Of a stretch of 64,000 bases of DNA, positions 1 through 9,592 are shown piece by piece. The position numbers were made by a program, and so were the translations under genes. Source of the stretch: an uncultured Acidobacteriota bacterium (GTDB taxonomy: Bacteria; Acidobacteriota; JAQAZP01); contig CAWIIB010000009.1 of assembly GCA_963836075.1 (NCBI GenBank), forward strand, positions 2,688,001-2,752,000, in the 5' to 3' direction. How positions within the stretch are numbered: the first letter of the stretch is position 1; the number at the start of each line of letters is the position of its first letter. The notes beneath the pieces are model-generated. The model did not search any database. It had not been told where the DNA came from and saw nothing but the letters and a program-made list of their open reading frames with translations.

Positions 1-134
1 TGGAGGATCCCCAGGCCATCAAACCGCTGAAAAAGAAACTCAACGATCCCAGCCCCCGGGTGGCTAAGTTTGCCGAGAACTATCTCGAGCTGCTGGCCAT
101 CACCTACCCGGAGGCCGAGACCGGCGGCGAATAG
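1..134 (+). CDS. 3' end of a HEAT-repeat-like protein (partial, runs off window start)
   Basis: Frame from nt 3 reads EDPQAIKPLKKKLNDPSPRVAKFAENYLELLAITYPEAETGGE* (TAG 132-134); LxDPSPxV is a HEAT/PBS-like pattern. Confidence 0.6.
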   Translation, partial: EDPQAIKPLKKKLNDPSPRVAKFAENYLELLAITYPEAETGGE

Positions 135-158
135 CGCCCCGGTTGCGGAGAGACCTCA

Positions 159-887
159 ATGCCCACACCAGCCGCAGAGATCATCGTCGCCATCGATGTG
201 CCCACCGTGGACCAGGCGCTGGACCTGGCCCGGAAACTTGAAGGCCAGGCCGACCTGTTCAAGGTGGGCCTGCAGCTCTTCTCCGCCGAAGGCCCCGGGA
301 TCGTCGAACGTCTCTCGGCCACCGGGACCAGGGTCTTTCTCGACCTGAAGTACCACGACATCCCCAACACCGTGGCCGGCGCGATGTTGGAGGGCTGCCG
401 CTGCGGCGCGGCCATCGTCAACCTGCATGCGTCGGGCGGTCCGGCGATGATGACCGCCGCGGCCGAGGCGGCCCGGCGGTTCAGCGAGGAGAGCGGTCGT
501 CCCCAGCCGCTGCTGGTGGCGGTCACCGTGCTGACCAGTCTCGACGAGCAGGCCCTGGGCCGTGTGGGGATTGACCGGCCGGTGGAAGAGCAGGTGGTGG
601 GGTTGGCCCGCCTGGCTCAGGAATGCGGTCTGGGCGGTGTGGTGGCTTCGCCCAGGGAAGTGGTTTCGATCAAGGCGGCCTGCGGGGCCGATTTCAAGGT
701 GATCACTCCCGGCATCCGGCCGGCCTGGTCCGCTGCCGGGGACCAGAGCCGTTTCACCTCTCCCGCGGAAGCGGTGAACCTCGGCTCGGACTACCTGGTG
801 ATCGGCCGGCCGATCACCGGGGCGGAGGATCCGCCCGGGGCACTGCAGCGGATCCGGGACGAAATCGCCTCCGCCGCCCGGCCCTGA
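159..887 (+). CDS. pyrF: orotidine-5'-phosphate decarboxylase
   Basis: IIVAID, FLDLKYHDIPNTV signature, VTVLTS, TPGIRP, VIGRPIT. Confidence 0.97.
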   Translation: MPTPAAEIIVAIDVPTVDQALDLARKLEGQADLFKVGLQLFSAEGPGIVERLSATGTRVFLDLKYHDIPNTVAGAMLEGCRCGAAIVNLHASGGPAMMTAAAEAARRFSEESGRPQPLLVAVTVLTSLDEQALGRVGIDRPVEEQVVGLARLAQECGLGGVVASPREVVSIKAACGADFKVITPGIRPAWSAAGDQSRFTSPAEAVNLGSDYLVIGRPITGAEDPPGALQRIRDEIASAARP

Positions 888-913
888 CCGGCGCCCCCTG
901 CGTCCATCACTCT

Positions 914-1711
914 TCAGTCCCCGGAGGGTTCCGCCTGCGTTCCCAGCAGGTCCAGCGATCGCCGCGCAGCCCTGATCACAGCGCCGTCCTCCTCCGCCTC
1001 GAGCAGCGCTTCCAGCCGGGCCGCCGATGCCGGCTCACCAATCCTCCCTGCCGCTACCGCGGCTTTCTCACGCACCGACGACGCTTTGTCGCCCAGTGCG
1101 ATGTGAATCAGTTCCGTTCCCTTCGGACTGCCGATTTCACCGATTGCCCAGCAGACGTTGGCCCGCTGCAGTTCGTCTCCGCCGTCGAATAGTTTCCGCA
1201 GCCGGCCGATGGCTCCGGGATTGTGGTAGAGCCCCACCGCCCAGGCGGCATAGGCCCGGGTTGCGGGGTCCGGGGCTTCCAGCAGAGTGAGCAGCGGGCG
1301 GTATCCGGTCTGCAGCGGGTGGTTGTTCATGATGAACACCGAGATGGCGGTGTGCTGCACTTCAAGGTTCTGGTCCTCGAAGGCCTTGATCAGGGCCGTG
1401 GTCACCACCTCCGACGGGTGGCCGATGGCCGAGGCCGCCGCGGCCTGCCGGACCTGGGGTGCGGGGTCGGAGAGGCCGGCGGCCAGGGCCGTCTCCACAT
1501 CCGGTCCCTGGAGCGTGGCCAGTTCCCCGTAGGCCGCTACCCGCTCCTCGGTGGACCCGGAACGGGCCTGGTCGAGAAAGAAGGGCACCCCCTGGCCAAA
1601 GAGGCTTCCCGTCACCAGGAGCAGGCACAATGCCGGGCCGGCGCGGCTGACGGCCCGCAGCAGGGCGAAGCGTGCAGTGGCGGGGCAGTGGCGAATCCTG
1701 GTCTGGTCCAT
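914..1711 (-). CDS. exported HEAT-repeat protein
   Basis: Repeated LxDxxxxVRxxAAxxLG units; hydrophobic N-terminal segment; ATG at 1711 preceded by GGAGGT. Confidence 0.8.
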   Translation of the reverse strand: MDQTRIRHCPATARFALLRAVSRAGPALCLLLVTGSLFGQGVPFFLDQARSGSTEERVAAYGELATLQGPDVETALAAGLSDPAPQVRQAAAASAIGHPSEVVTTALIKAFEDQNLEVQHTAISVFIMNNHPLQTGYRPLLTLLEAPDPATRAYAAWAVGLYHNPGAIGRLRKLFDGGDELQRANVCWAIGEIGSPKGTELIHIALGDKASSVREKAAVAAGRIGEPASAARLEALLEAEEDGAVIRAARRSLDLLGTQAEPSGD

Positions 1712-1968
1712 GGGTCGAATACCTCCATCCTTGGCATAGTCGTTGATCTCCGGCGACCGGTTCGGTTGCGCGGGTGCGAGTTTATGGTAGCAGAAGGCCG
1801 GGCCGGTGAGAAAGGGGGGAGGAAACGGGGTGGCCGCTGTTGCGGACCCGCTCACGATCTTCTACACTTTTTAGAGAGACCATAACGCCGGCGGCCGGAG
1901 TTGAGGGGGCGGCGCGGCAGATCAGGGCACGGGTCCTTGGCGTCCCGGAGCCCGGAGAATGTGAACCA

Positions 1969-2910
1969 ATGAAAAAGTATCCCACAGTTTCATGTGCAGC
2001 GCTCCTCCTGGTCATCTGTTTTCTCGGCGGGCTGGTCAGCCTGCCGCTCCAGGCCCGGGACTTCTCCATGTTCGACAAGGTCAGCGGCGCCGAACTGGTG
2101 ATCGTGGGGCGGGTTGTGAAATACAAGACCAAGGCTGAAATCGAGGTGCTGGAGGTGTTGAAGGGGGAGTGGTCCGAGAAGACGCTGGAGATCCGCTTCC
2201 GCACCGCCAACTACGAGCGGCAGAAGATCGGTGTCGAGAAGATCCAGTTTTTCGAGGATGAACGGCTGCTCCTCTTTCTCCAGGCCCGTGACGACAAGGC
2301 CCGCAGCAAGGGGCGCTTCATTCTCTACCCCGAGGACATGCGGGGCCGCCTGGAGCTGCACGACGACGAGGAGGCCCGGCTGATCCTCGAGGCGGTCAAC
2401 ACCTGCGTGGGAGCCAGCTTCACCAACCGCGAGGAACTGCGTGAGATCTGGCGGCAAATGGCCCGGGAACGAAACGTGTATCTCCGGCTCTGCGGCCTGG
2501 AGAGCCTCGAATATGACCGGGCCCTGGATCTGGACGCGCTGCCGCTGCTGGCTGCGCTCTACAACGACCGCTACCCGGTGATTCGCAGACGGGCGCTGCA
2601 GCTGACGTCGGTGGTGGTCCGCTTCCGGCCCGAAAGTTTCCGCGACACGCCGGAGCGCGAGATTCTGATGTACGAAGTGCTGCCCCTGCTGGAGGACGAG
2701 CACGAAGAGGTGCGCCTCGAGGCGGTGAGCACATTGCAGCATTTGGGGGATCAGCGGGTGCTGCCCACACTGCGCCGAATCAGCCAGAGCGACCCGGTTC
2801 AAGAGGTCCGTCTGGAAGCCACGCGGGTGATTTTCCAGGAGGAGTCCGGCTGGCTGACGGCCAGTGAGCCGCCCCCTGCCCCGGCTGAATCAGAAACACC
2901 GGAAAGATGA
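1969..2910 (+). CDS. exported protein with C-terminal HEAT repeats
   Basis: Signal peptide MKKYPTVSCAALLLVICFLGG...LQA; LEDEHEEVRLEAVSTL and SDPVQEVRLEA repeats. Confidence 0.75.
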   Translation: MKKYPTVSCAALLLVICFLGGLVSLPLQARDFSMFDKVSGAELVIVGRVVKYKTKAEIEVLEVLKGEWSEKTLEIRFRTANYERQKIGVEKIQFFEDERLLLFLQARDDKARSKGRFILYPEDMRGRLELHDDEEARLILEAVNTCVGASFTNREELREIWRQMARERNVYLRLCGLESLEYDRALDLDALPLLAALYNDRYPVIRRRALQLTSVVVRFRPESFRDTPEREILMYEVLPLLEDEHEEVRLEAVSTLQHLGDQRVLPTLRRISQSDPVQEVRLEATRVIFQEESGWLTASEPPPAPAESETPER

Positions 2911-3061
2911 AATCAATTTAGCGAAGTTGATTAATAGGCTTAATTATCTGAAGGTTGTGCATGAATTTTATTCATTTTCTTTGGGGACTGTGCTAGAGTC
3001 AGGCTACAAACCCCGGGGGGCGGATACGGACCCCCGGGAGCGTTCGATCCGGAGTGAGGGC

Positions 3062-3931
3062 ATGAAACTTCACAAACCGATCCTGGAACTGGTGCGGCGG
3101 ACGTCCACCCAGTTGCCTGCCGACGTGCTGAAGGCCATCCAGCGCCACCGTGATCGAGAGGAGCAGGGCTCCCCGGCCAGAAGCATCCTCGACGCCCTGG
3201 AAAAAAACGTTCGCCTCGCCCGGCGCAACGGCACCCCGGTCTGCCAGGACACGGGGATTCCGGCCTTTGCCATCAGCCATCCGGTGGAGATGGTCCAGGA
3301 GGAAATAGTCACCGCGATAAAGTGGGCGGTCCGCCAGGCCACCCAGCTGAACTTTCTCAGGCCCGATGCGGTGGATTCGATCACCGGGGTCAATACCGGC
3401 AACAACATCGGCCATGGCTTCCCGGCGATCAGCCTGCACCAGTGGGGCCGGCGGTTCCTCAAGGTGGAGCTGCTGCTCAAGGGGTGCGGCAGCGATCTGT
3501 TCAGCAGGCAATATTCGCTCCCCGATGGACAGCTGAAGGCCGACCTGGGCCTGGAGGGCGTCCGGCGCTCTGTCCTCGACGCGGTGTACCGGGTCCAGGG
3601 CCGGGGGTGCGGTCCCGGTGTGCTGGGCGTGGGCATCGGCGGTACCCGATCCACCGGCTACCGCCAGGCCGACCACCAGTTGTTTCGCAAACTGGACGAC
3701 GAGAACCCCAACCCGCAACTGGCCCGGCTGGAGGAGGATCTCCTGCGGCAGGGCAACGAACTGGGCATCGGTCCCATGGGCCTGGGCGGGCAGACCACCC
3801 TGCTGGCGGTGAAGATCGGAAACGAGCACCGGCTGCCTTCATCCTGTTTTGTCTCCGTATCCTGGATGTGCTGGGCCTGTCGGCGAAAGACCATGAAACT
3901 GTACCCGGACGGAGAGGCCCGGTATGCGTAG
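3062..3931 (+). CDS. class I fumarate/tartrate hydro-lyase alpha subunit (Fe-S), divergent
   Basis: PVCQDTG, GCGPG, LGIGPMGLGGQTT, MCWACRR; overlaps the beta subunit start. Confidence 0.88.
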   Translation: MKLHKPILELVRRTSTQLPADVLKAIQRHRDREEQGSPARSILDALEKNVRLARRNGTPVCQDTGIPAFAISHPVEMVQEEIVTAIKWAVRQATQLNFLRPDAVDSITGVNTGNNIGHGFPAISLHQWGRRFLKVELLLKGCGSDLFSRQYSLPDGQLKADLGLEGVRRSVLDAVYRVQGRGCGPGVLGVGIGGTRSTGYRQADHQLFRKLDDENPNPQLARLEEDLLRQGNELGIGPMGLGGQTTLLAVKIGNEHRLPSSCFVSVSWMCWACRRKTMKLYPDGEARYA

Positions 3932-4523
3932 AAGAGACAAGAACGTGCGGCAGCTGAAACTCCCCCTGGCCGAAGCGGCGGTGCGGGAACTGCGGGCCGG
4001 GGAGTCGGTGGATCTGAGCGGCGTGGTCCTCACCGCGCGGGGGTCGGGGCACCGCTACCTGCTGGACCAGGAACCGCGCCTGCTCAGCGACCTGCTGCAC
4101 CACGGCGGCATCTATCACTGCGGCCCGGTGGTGCGCAAGATGAAACGGAAGGAGGAGTGGAAGATCGTGGCTGCCGGTCCCTCATCCAGCATGTTCCTCG
4201 AAGAATATACCGCCACCGTGATCGCCCGCTACGGCGTCCGGGTGATTATCGGTGCGGGGGGGATGGGCGCAGGAACGCTGGAGGCCTGCCGCCGGCACGG
4301 TGCGGTCTACCTCGCGGCGGCGGGCGGCGCCGCCGCGCTGCTGGCCGGAACGGTGGTCCGGGTCCACGGGGTCTCGAAGCTCGATTTCGGTATTCCCGAA
4401 GCCCTGTGGGAACTGGAGGTCCGGCACTTCCCGGCACTGGTGGCCATGGACACCCACGGCGAAAGCCTCTACCAGCGTGTGGCCCGCACTTCGGAGACCC
4501 GCTACCGGGAACTGGTGTTGTAA
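3924..4523 (+). CDS. class I fumarate/tartrate hydro-lyase beta subunit, divergent
   Basis: LRAGESVDLSGVVLTAR, IYHCGPVV, AAGP, GAVYL..GGAAA, PEALWELEV..FP..VAMDTHGESLY. Confidence 0.88.
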   Translation: MRRRDKNVRQLKLPLAEAAVRELRAGESVDLSGVVLTARGSGHRYLLDQEPRLLSDLLHHGGIYHCGPVVRKMKRKEEWKIVAAGPSSSMFLEEYTATVIARYGVRVIIGAGGMGAGTLEACRRHGAVYLAAAGGAAALLAGTVVRVHGVSKLDFGIPEALWELEVRHFPALVAMDTHGESLYQRVARTSETRYRELVL

Positions 4524-4527
4524 TCCC

Positions 4528-7500
4528 ATGAATCCCCGTCCTTTCCGATCCTCCCCGGTCCTGCTGCTGATCTTCATTTCCGGGGCTGCCGGCCTGGTCT
4601 ACCAGGTGGCCTGGATGCGCCAGCTGCAGCCCGCCATGGGCGGATCGGTCTATTCCGTCACCGCGGTGCTGGCCTCATTCATGGCCGGCCTGGCCTTGGG
4701 AAGCGCGGCCATCTCCCGGGTGGCGGCCCGGCTGAAGCGGCCGCTGGCGGTGTATGCCGGTCTGGAACTGTTCATCGCCGGCTGGGGCCTGCTCTCCCCG
4801 CTGCTGCTGTCGCTGGCCGCGCCGGCCTTCAACGTTCTGCACCCGGCGGCGGGCGGCGGAGCGTCCGACCCCGCCCTGGCCGCCTGGCGCTTCCTGCTGG
4901 CCTTCCTGCTGCTGCTCCCGCCCACCCTGGCCATGGGGGCCACGCTGCCGGCGGTGGCCCGGTTTTGCCGGCCCATCAGCCGCCACAGCGTGGGGCGGCT
5001 GATGGGCCGGCTCTATGCAGCCAGCTCCGCCGGCGCCGTCTGCGGAGCACTGGGCGCCGGGTTCCTGGTCCTCCCCGCCCTGGGTCTGGCCGGCGGCTGC
5101 CGGCTGGCCGCCCTGGGCAACCTGGCCGCCGCCGGCGGCGCCTGGCTGCTGCACCGGCGGCGGGGCACTGCCCCTGGCCCGGTGGAGGGTGAAGCGCCGG
5201 ACGGTGCCGCCAGCGGTGTGGAACCGCTGCGGGGCGTGGGGTCCCGTCTGCGCACCGTCCACCTCGCCGCACTGCTCAGCGGCGCGGCGTCCATGGCCCT
5301 GGAGGTGGCCTGGAGCCGGAACTTCGCCTTGCTCTTCGGCTCTTCGGTCTATGCCATTTCCCTGGTGCTGGCCGCCTTTATCGGCGGCATCGCGCTCGGG
5401 GCCTATGTGCCGTCCCGGTTTTTCGACCGCTGGGGGCCCGGCCGGGTGCCGGCCGCCGCGGCACTGGCCCTGGCTGCCGCGTTCACCGCCCTGGTGGCCG
5501 CCTCCGGCTCGGTCCTGCCGCTGGTTTCCCTGCGGCTGTTCTGGTGGTCGGGCGGCGCGCCGGCCCTGGCCTACCCGCTGCAGCTGCTGCTGGCCGGCCT
5601 GATCCTGCTCCCCGGCACCTTCTGCACCGGGGCAGCCTTTCCGCTGCTGGTGCGCACTCTCTCCGTGGATGGCGGCCGGCCGCCGGAGCAGGCACTGGGC
5701 ACGCTCTACGCGGTGAACACCGCCGGGGCCGTGGCCGGGACCGTGCTGGCCGGTTTCTTCGTGCTGCCGGCGCTGGGTATGGAGCGGACCTCGCTGTCCG
5801 GTTCCGCACTGCTGGCCCTGGCCGCCGCCGGACTGCTGCTGGGGGGCCGGCGGCGCTGGTGGCAGCCGCTGCTGCCGCTGGCCCTGGTCTGCCTTGCGGC
5901 CCTGCCGGTGATGCTGCGCCCCTGGGACCAGGACCTGGTCACCAGTGGCCCCTTTGTCTATGCCGGCATCTACCGCGAGATCGCCGCCCTGGACCGGGCC
6001 TGGGACCCGCAGCGGGAGACCGCCGGTGAGGACCGTCCCTGGACCACCGCCGCCGATGACCCGGTGGCGGCGACACCTTCCGGTTTCCAGGGCCTCCGGG
6101 AACTGGTGCGGGCCCGTGGCGAACTGATCTGGCACCGCCAGGGCGCCGACGCCTCGGTGGCGGTTCGGCGGTCGGCAACCGGCACCCTTTCACTGCAGAT
6201 CAACGGCAAGACCGATGCCTCCACCGGCGGGGACATGAAGCTTCAGCTGCTCAGTGCCCGCCTGCCCCTGCTGCTGCACCCCGACCCGCGGGAGGTCTTT
6301 CTCCTCGGCCTGGCCAGCGGGGTGACCCTCGGCGCGCTGCTGGAGCACCCTGAGGTGCAGCGGGCCACCTGCGCCGAGATCTCGCCGGCGGTGGTGCAGG
6401 CCTCCCGCTTCTTCGATGCCGTCTCCGGCGCCCCCCTGGACGATCCCCGGGTGGAGCTGGTGGTGGAGGACGGCCGCAGCGTGCTCCAGCGGACGGCGGC
6501 CGGTTCCTTCGACGTGATCATCTCCGAGCCCACCAACCCCTGGATCGCCGGGATGGCCGACCTCTTCTCGGTGGAGTTCTTCCGGCTCTGCCGCAGCCGT
6601 CTGGCCGATGGAGGGCTCTGCTGCCAGTGGGTCCAGAGCTATGCCCTGGAGACCGGCGACCTGCGGCGGGTGACCGCCACCTTTGGCGCGGTCTTCCCCC
6701 GGGCCACCCTGTGGGCCGAGAAGGCCGCCGGTGGTGACTACCTGCTGATCGGCTTTGCCGACGGCCCGCAGGTCCGGGTCACCGGCCGGGAAGAGCTGGC
6801 CCGGCGGATGGCCGATCCGGGGCTGACCTGGTGGGGGGGGATGGACGACCTTCCGGCCCCGCTGCAGCTGCTGGGCCACCTGGCCTGCGACACGGCGGGA
6901 CTGGCCGGTTTTTGTGGCGGCGCTCCGCTGATCACCGACGACAACATCAGCCTCGAGTTTTCCGCCCCCCTGGCCCTGCACCGCCGAACCCTGGCCGGGA
7001 ACCTCGAGGCGCTGCTGCCGCACCGGGCCAACCGCGGGAACCTGCCGCCGTGGCTGCCCCTGGGCGGGGAGGCCGAGGCCGATGATTTGGCCGCGTTGCT
7101 CACCTCCCAGGCCGAACTGGAGATGGCCTGTCTGGCCGCCCTCGGCATGGACCTGGAGACGGCGGTGCTCCACCTGGAGGCCTCGCTCTCCGCGGACCGG
7201 GGAAACCCCGAAGCCCGGGAGTTCCTCTACGCCGTGGCGCCGGCCTTCTGCGGCCGGCTCACCGCCGCCGGCCAGCCCGCGGCCTCGCTGATCCTCTGCC
7301 GGCTCTACCTGGTCCGCCGGCCGGACGAGACGGGGATGCTGGTCGAGGAGGGCCGGGCCCTGGCCGCCCTGGGCCTGCACGAGGCGGCGGTTTCGCGGTT
7401 CCGCCGGGTGGCTGCGGCCAGCCCCGGTGACGGGGAGGCGCTGAACCAGCTGGGCCTGGCCCTGCACCGGGCCGGGGACACCGCCGGTGCGCAGGAGACG

Positions 7501-7881
7501 TTCATTGAAGCAGCCCGTCTGGCGCCGGGTGTGGCCGGCCCGTTGGCCAACCTCGGGGCGGTGCTGCTGGAGGCGGGGAAGGCCGACCAGGCGGAGATCT
7601 ATCTGAACCGGGCGCTGGAGCTGGACCCGGCCCACGCCTCGGCCTGCAACAACCTGGCGGTGCTGCTGCGCCGCGACGGCCGTATCGAGGAGGCGGTGCT
7701 GCTCTACCGGCAGGCCATCGAGGCGGCCCCCGAACGGCCAGAGTTCAGGATCAACCTCGGCGTTCTCCTGGAAGCGATGGGGGACAGTGGGGGTGCGGCC
7801 GAGCAATACCGGGCGGTGCTGGAGTATGATCCGGAGAACGGTGAAGCGGCGGCGGGTCTGAGGCGGATTGCCGGCCCCTGA
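4528..7881 (+). CDS. multi-pass membrane spermidine-synthase-like protein (fused MFS/spermidine synthase family) with C-terminal TPR repeats
   Basis: SGAAGLVYQVAWMR and SGAASMALEVAWSR membrane repeats; INGKTDAS, LGLASGVT, EDGR, FDVIISEPTNPW; C-terminal TPRs (ALNQLG, LANLG, CNNLA). Confidence 0.88.
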   Translation: MNPRPFRSSPVLLLIFISGAAGLVYQVAWMRQLQPAMGGSVYSVTAVLASFMAGLALGSAAISRVAARLKRPLAVYAGLELFIAGWGLLSPLLLSLAAPAFNVLHPAAGGGASDPALAAWRFLLAFLLLLPPTLAMGATLPAVARFCRPISRHSVGRLMGRLYAASSAGAVCGALGAGFLVLPALGLAGGCRLAALGNLAAAGGAWLLHRRRGTAPGPVEGEAPDGAASGVEPLRGVGSRLRTVHLAALLSGAASMALEVAWSRNFALLFGSSVYAISLVLAAFIGGIALGAYVPSRFFDRWGPGRVPAAAALALAAAFTALVAASGSVLPLVSLRLFWWSGGAPALAYPLQLLLAGLILLPGTFCTGAAFPLLVRTLSVDGGRPPEQALGTLYAVNTAGAVAGTVLAGFFVLPALGMERTSLSGSALLALAAAGLLLGGRRRWWQPLLPLALVCLAALPVMLRPWDQDLVTSGPFVYAGIYREIAALDRAWDPQRETAGEDRPWTTAADDPVAATPSGFQGLRELVRARGELIWHRQGADASVAVRRSATGTLSLQINGKTDASTGGDMKLQLLSARLPLLLHPDPREVFLLGLASGVTLGALLEHPEVQRATCAEISPAVVQASRFFDAVSGAPLDDPRVELVVEDGRSVLQRTAAGSFDVIISEPTNPWIAGMADLFSVEFFRLCRSRLADGGLCCQWVQSYALETGDLRRVTATFGAVFPRATLWAEKAAGGDYLLIGFADGPQVRVTGREELARRMADPGLTWWGGMDDLPAPLQLLGHLACDTAGLAGFCGGAPLITDDNISLEFSAPLALHRRTLAGNLEALLPHRANRGNLPPWLPLGGEAEADDLAALLTSQAELEMACLAALGMDLETAVLHLEASLSADRGNPEAREFLYAVAPAFCGRLTAAGQPAASLILCRLYLVRRPDETGMLVEEGRALAALGLHEAAVSRFRRVAAASPGDGEALNQLGLALHRAGDTAGAQETFIEAARLAPGVAGPLANLGAVLLEAGKADQAEIYLNRALELDPAHASACNNLAVLLRRDGRIEEAVLLYRQAIEAAPERPEFRINLGVLLEAMGDSGGAAEQYRAVLEYDPENGEAAAGLRRIAGP

Positions 7882-7894
7882 GGCCGGTGTGCTT

Positions 7895-8647
7895 TCAGAT
7901 CCCGGCCATCCGGACGGCCAGCTGCTCCGCGGTCATCGCCGCCCGCTGCGGCCCGTCGAAGTCGGCCACCACCCGGCCGCGGCCCAGCACCACCGTCCGC
8001 TCGCCCAGGTCCATGGCCAGATCCACCCGGTGGGTCACCGCAATGGTGGTCAGTCCCCGTTCCTCCACCATCCGGCGGGTCAGCTCGAGGATCTTCCGTT
8101 CCGAGCCCGGGTCGAGGGACGCGGTGTGCTCGTCCAGCAGCAGCACCTGCGGCGTGCGCCAGACCGCCATCAGCATGGTCAGGGCCTGGCGCTGGCCGCC
8201 GGAGAGATGGGAGACCGGGGAGTCGAGACGCGATTCCAGGTCCATGTCGAGGCTGGAGAGGGTCTCGCGGAAGTGCCGCCGTTCGGCTGCGCCGATCCCG
8301 ATCTTCAGGCCGCGCCGCCGGCCGCGGGTGGCGGCCAGCCGGAGGTTCTGCGCCACGGTCATTTCGGGGGCGGTGCCCAGGCAGGGGTCCTGGAAGACCC
8401 GGCCGATGAGCGGGGCGCGGCGGTGCACCGGCCAGCCGGTGACCTCGGTGTCGCCGATGCGGACCGCTCCCCGGTCCAGCGACACCGTGCCGGCGATGGC
8501 GCCCATCAGGGATGACTTGCCCGAGCCGTTGGCCCCGGCCACCACGATGAAGCGCCCCTGGCGCACGCTGAGGTCGAGGCCGTCCAGCGCCCGCACCTCG
8601 CTGCCGTTGCGCCCGAAGACCTTGACCAGCCCGGTCACCTTGATCAT
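7895..8647 (-). CDS. ABC transporter ATP-binding protein
   Basis: Walker A GANGSGKSS, LSGGQRQAL, LLLDEHTASLDP, VTH. Confidence 0.93.
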   Translation of the reverse strand: MIKVTGLVKVFGRNGSEVRALDGLDLSVRQGRFIVVAGANGSGKSSLMGAIAGTVSLDRGAVRIGDTEVTGWPVHRRAPLIGRVFQDPCLGTAPEMTVAQNLRLAATRGRRRGLKIGIGAAERRHFRETLSSLDMDLESRLDSPVSHLSGGQRQALTMLMAVWRTPQVLLLDEHTASLDPGSERKILELTRRMVEERGLTTIAVTHRVDLAMDLGERTVVLGRGRVVADFDGPQRAAMTAEQLAVRMAGI

Positions 8648-9510
8648 GGTCCCTCCTCCTGGCGGCCGCCGGCGGCCCGCCGGGCGGTGCGGGTGAAGAG
8701 CAGCGCCGCCAGCACGAAGAGGGCGGTGAGCAGTTTGAGATCCCGCGGGGCCACCCCCGAGGCCAGGGCCAGGGAGATGAGCAGTCGAAAGAGCACCGCG
8801 CCCAGCACCACACCGAAGAGGGTCAGCGGCAGCTTCCGGCGACCGGCGGCGGCCTCCCCCAGAAAGACCGAGGCCAGGCCGAGGACGATCATCCCGAAGC
8901 CCATGTTGATGTCGGCAAAGCCCTGGTAGCGGGCCACCAGGCCCCCGGAGAGGGCGGTGAGGCCGTTGGCCAGGGCCACTCCGGCCACCCGGGTCAGCTC
9001 CACCCGGCCCCCCAGGGCGGAGAGCATCACCGGGTTGCTGCCGCTGGCCCGCAGGGCCAGGCCCATGTCGGTGCGAAAGAGCAGCACCAGCAGGCCCCAG
9101 ACGGCCACGGCCAGCAGCAGGTGGGTCAGCAGGAAGGACGTGTCACCCGGCGTCTCCGATCCGTCAAAGCGGTGCAGCAGGGGAATGTTGGGCCGGCCCA
9201 TGATGCGCAGGTTCACCGAGTAGAGGGCGGTCATCACCAGGATGCCGGAGAGCAGGGCCCCGGCGCCCAGCCGGGTGTTCACCAGCCCGGTGAGCGTGCC
9301 GGCGGCCATGCCCGCAGCCACGGCGGCGGCCAGGGCGGCGGCCGGGGCTGCGCCGGCCGCCGCCAGCACCGCAAAGAGCGCGGCACCCAGGGTGAAGCTG
9401 CCGTCCACGGTGATGTCGGGGAACCTGAAGATGCGGAAGGTGATGAAGACGCCGAGGGCCAGAAAGGCGTAGGCCAGTCCCAGCGCGCACGCTCCGGTGA
9501 TCAGATCCAT
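8644..9510 (-). CDS. ABC transporter permease (putative aromatic amino acid import family)
   Basis: FRFPDITVDGSFTLG, LYSVNLRIMGRPNIPL, QGFADINMGFG; 4-nt overlap with the ATPase gene. Confidence 0.88.
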   Translation of the reverse strand: MDLITGACALGLAYAFLALGVFITFRIFRFPDITVDGSFTLGAALFAVLAAAGAAPAAALAAAVAAGMAAGTLTGLVNTRLGAGALLSGILVMTALYSVNLRIMGRPNIPLLHRFDGSETPGDTSFLLTHLLLAVAVWGLLVLLFRTDMGLALRASGSNPVMLSALGGRVELTRVAGVALANGLTALSGGLVARYQGFADINMGFGMIVLGLASVFLGEAAAGRRKLPLTLFGVVLGAVLFRLLISLALASGVAPRDLKLLTALFVLAALLFTRTARRAAGGRQEEGP

Positions 9511-9592
9511 TCCGCGTCTCCGTTCCCTTCGGTCCCAGGAAGCGGATGGATTGTACCCCACGGCGGCCCGTCAGTCACGCGTCAGCCGATAC

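Noticed and set aside
4252-4527. N-terminal 92-aa extension of the 1209-aa ORF
   Set aside because: Overlaps the hydro-lyase beta subunit in another frame; family similarity begins at ATG 4528
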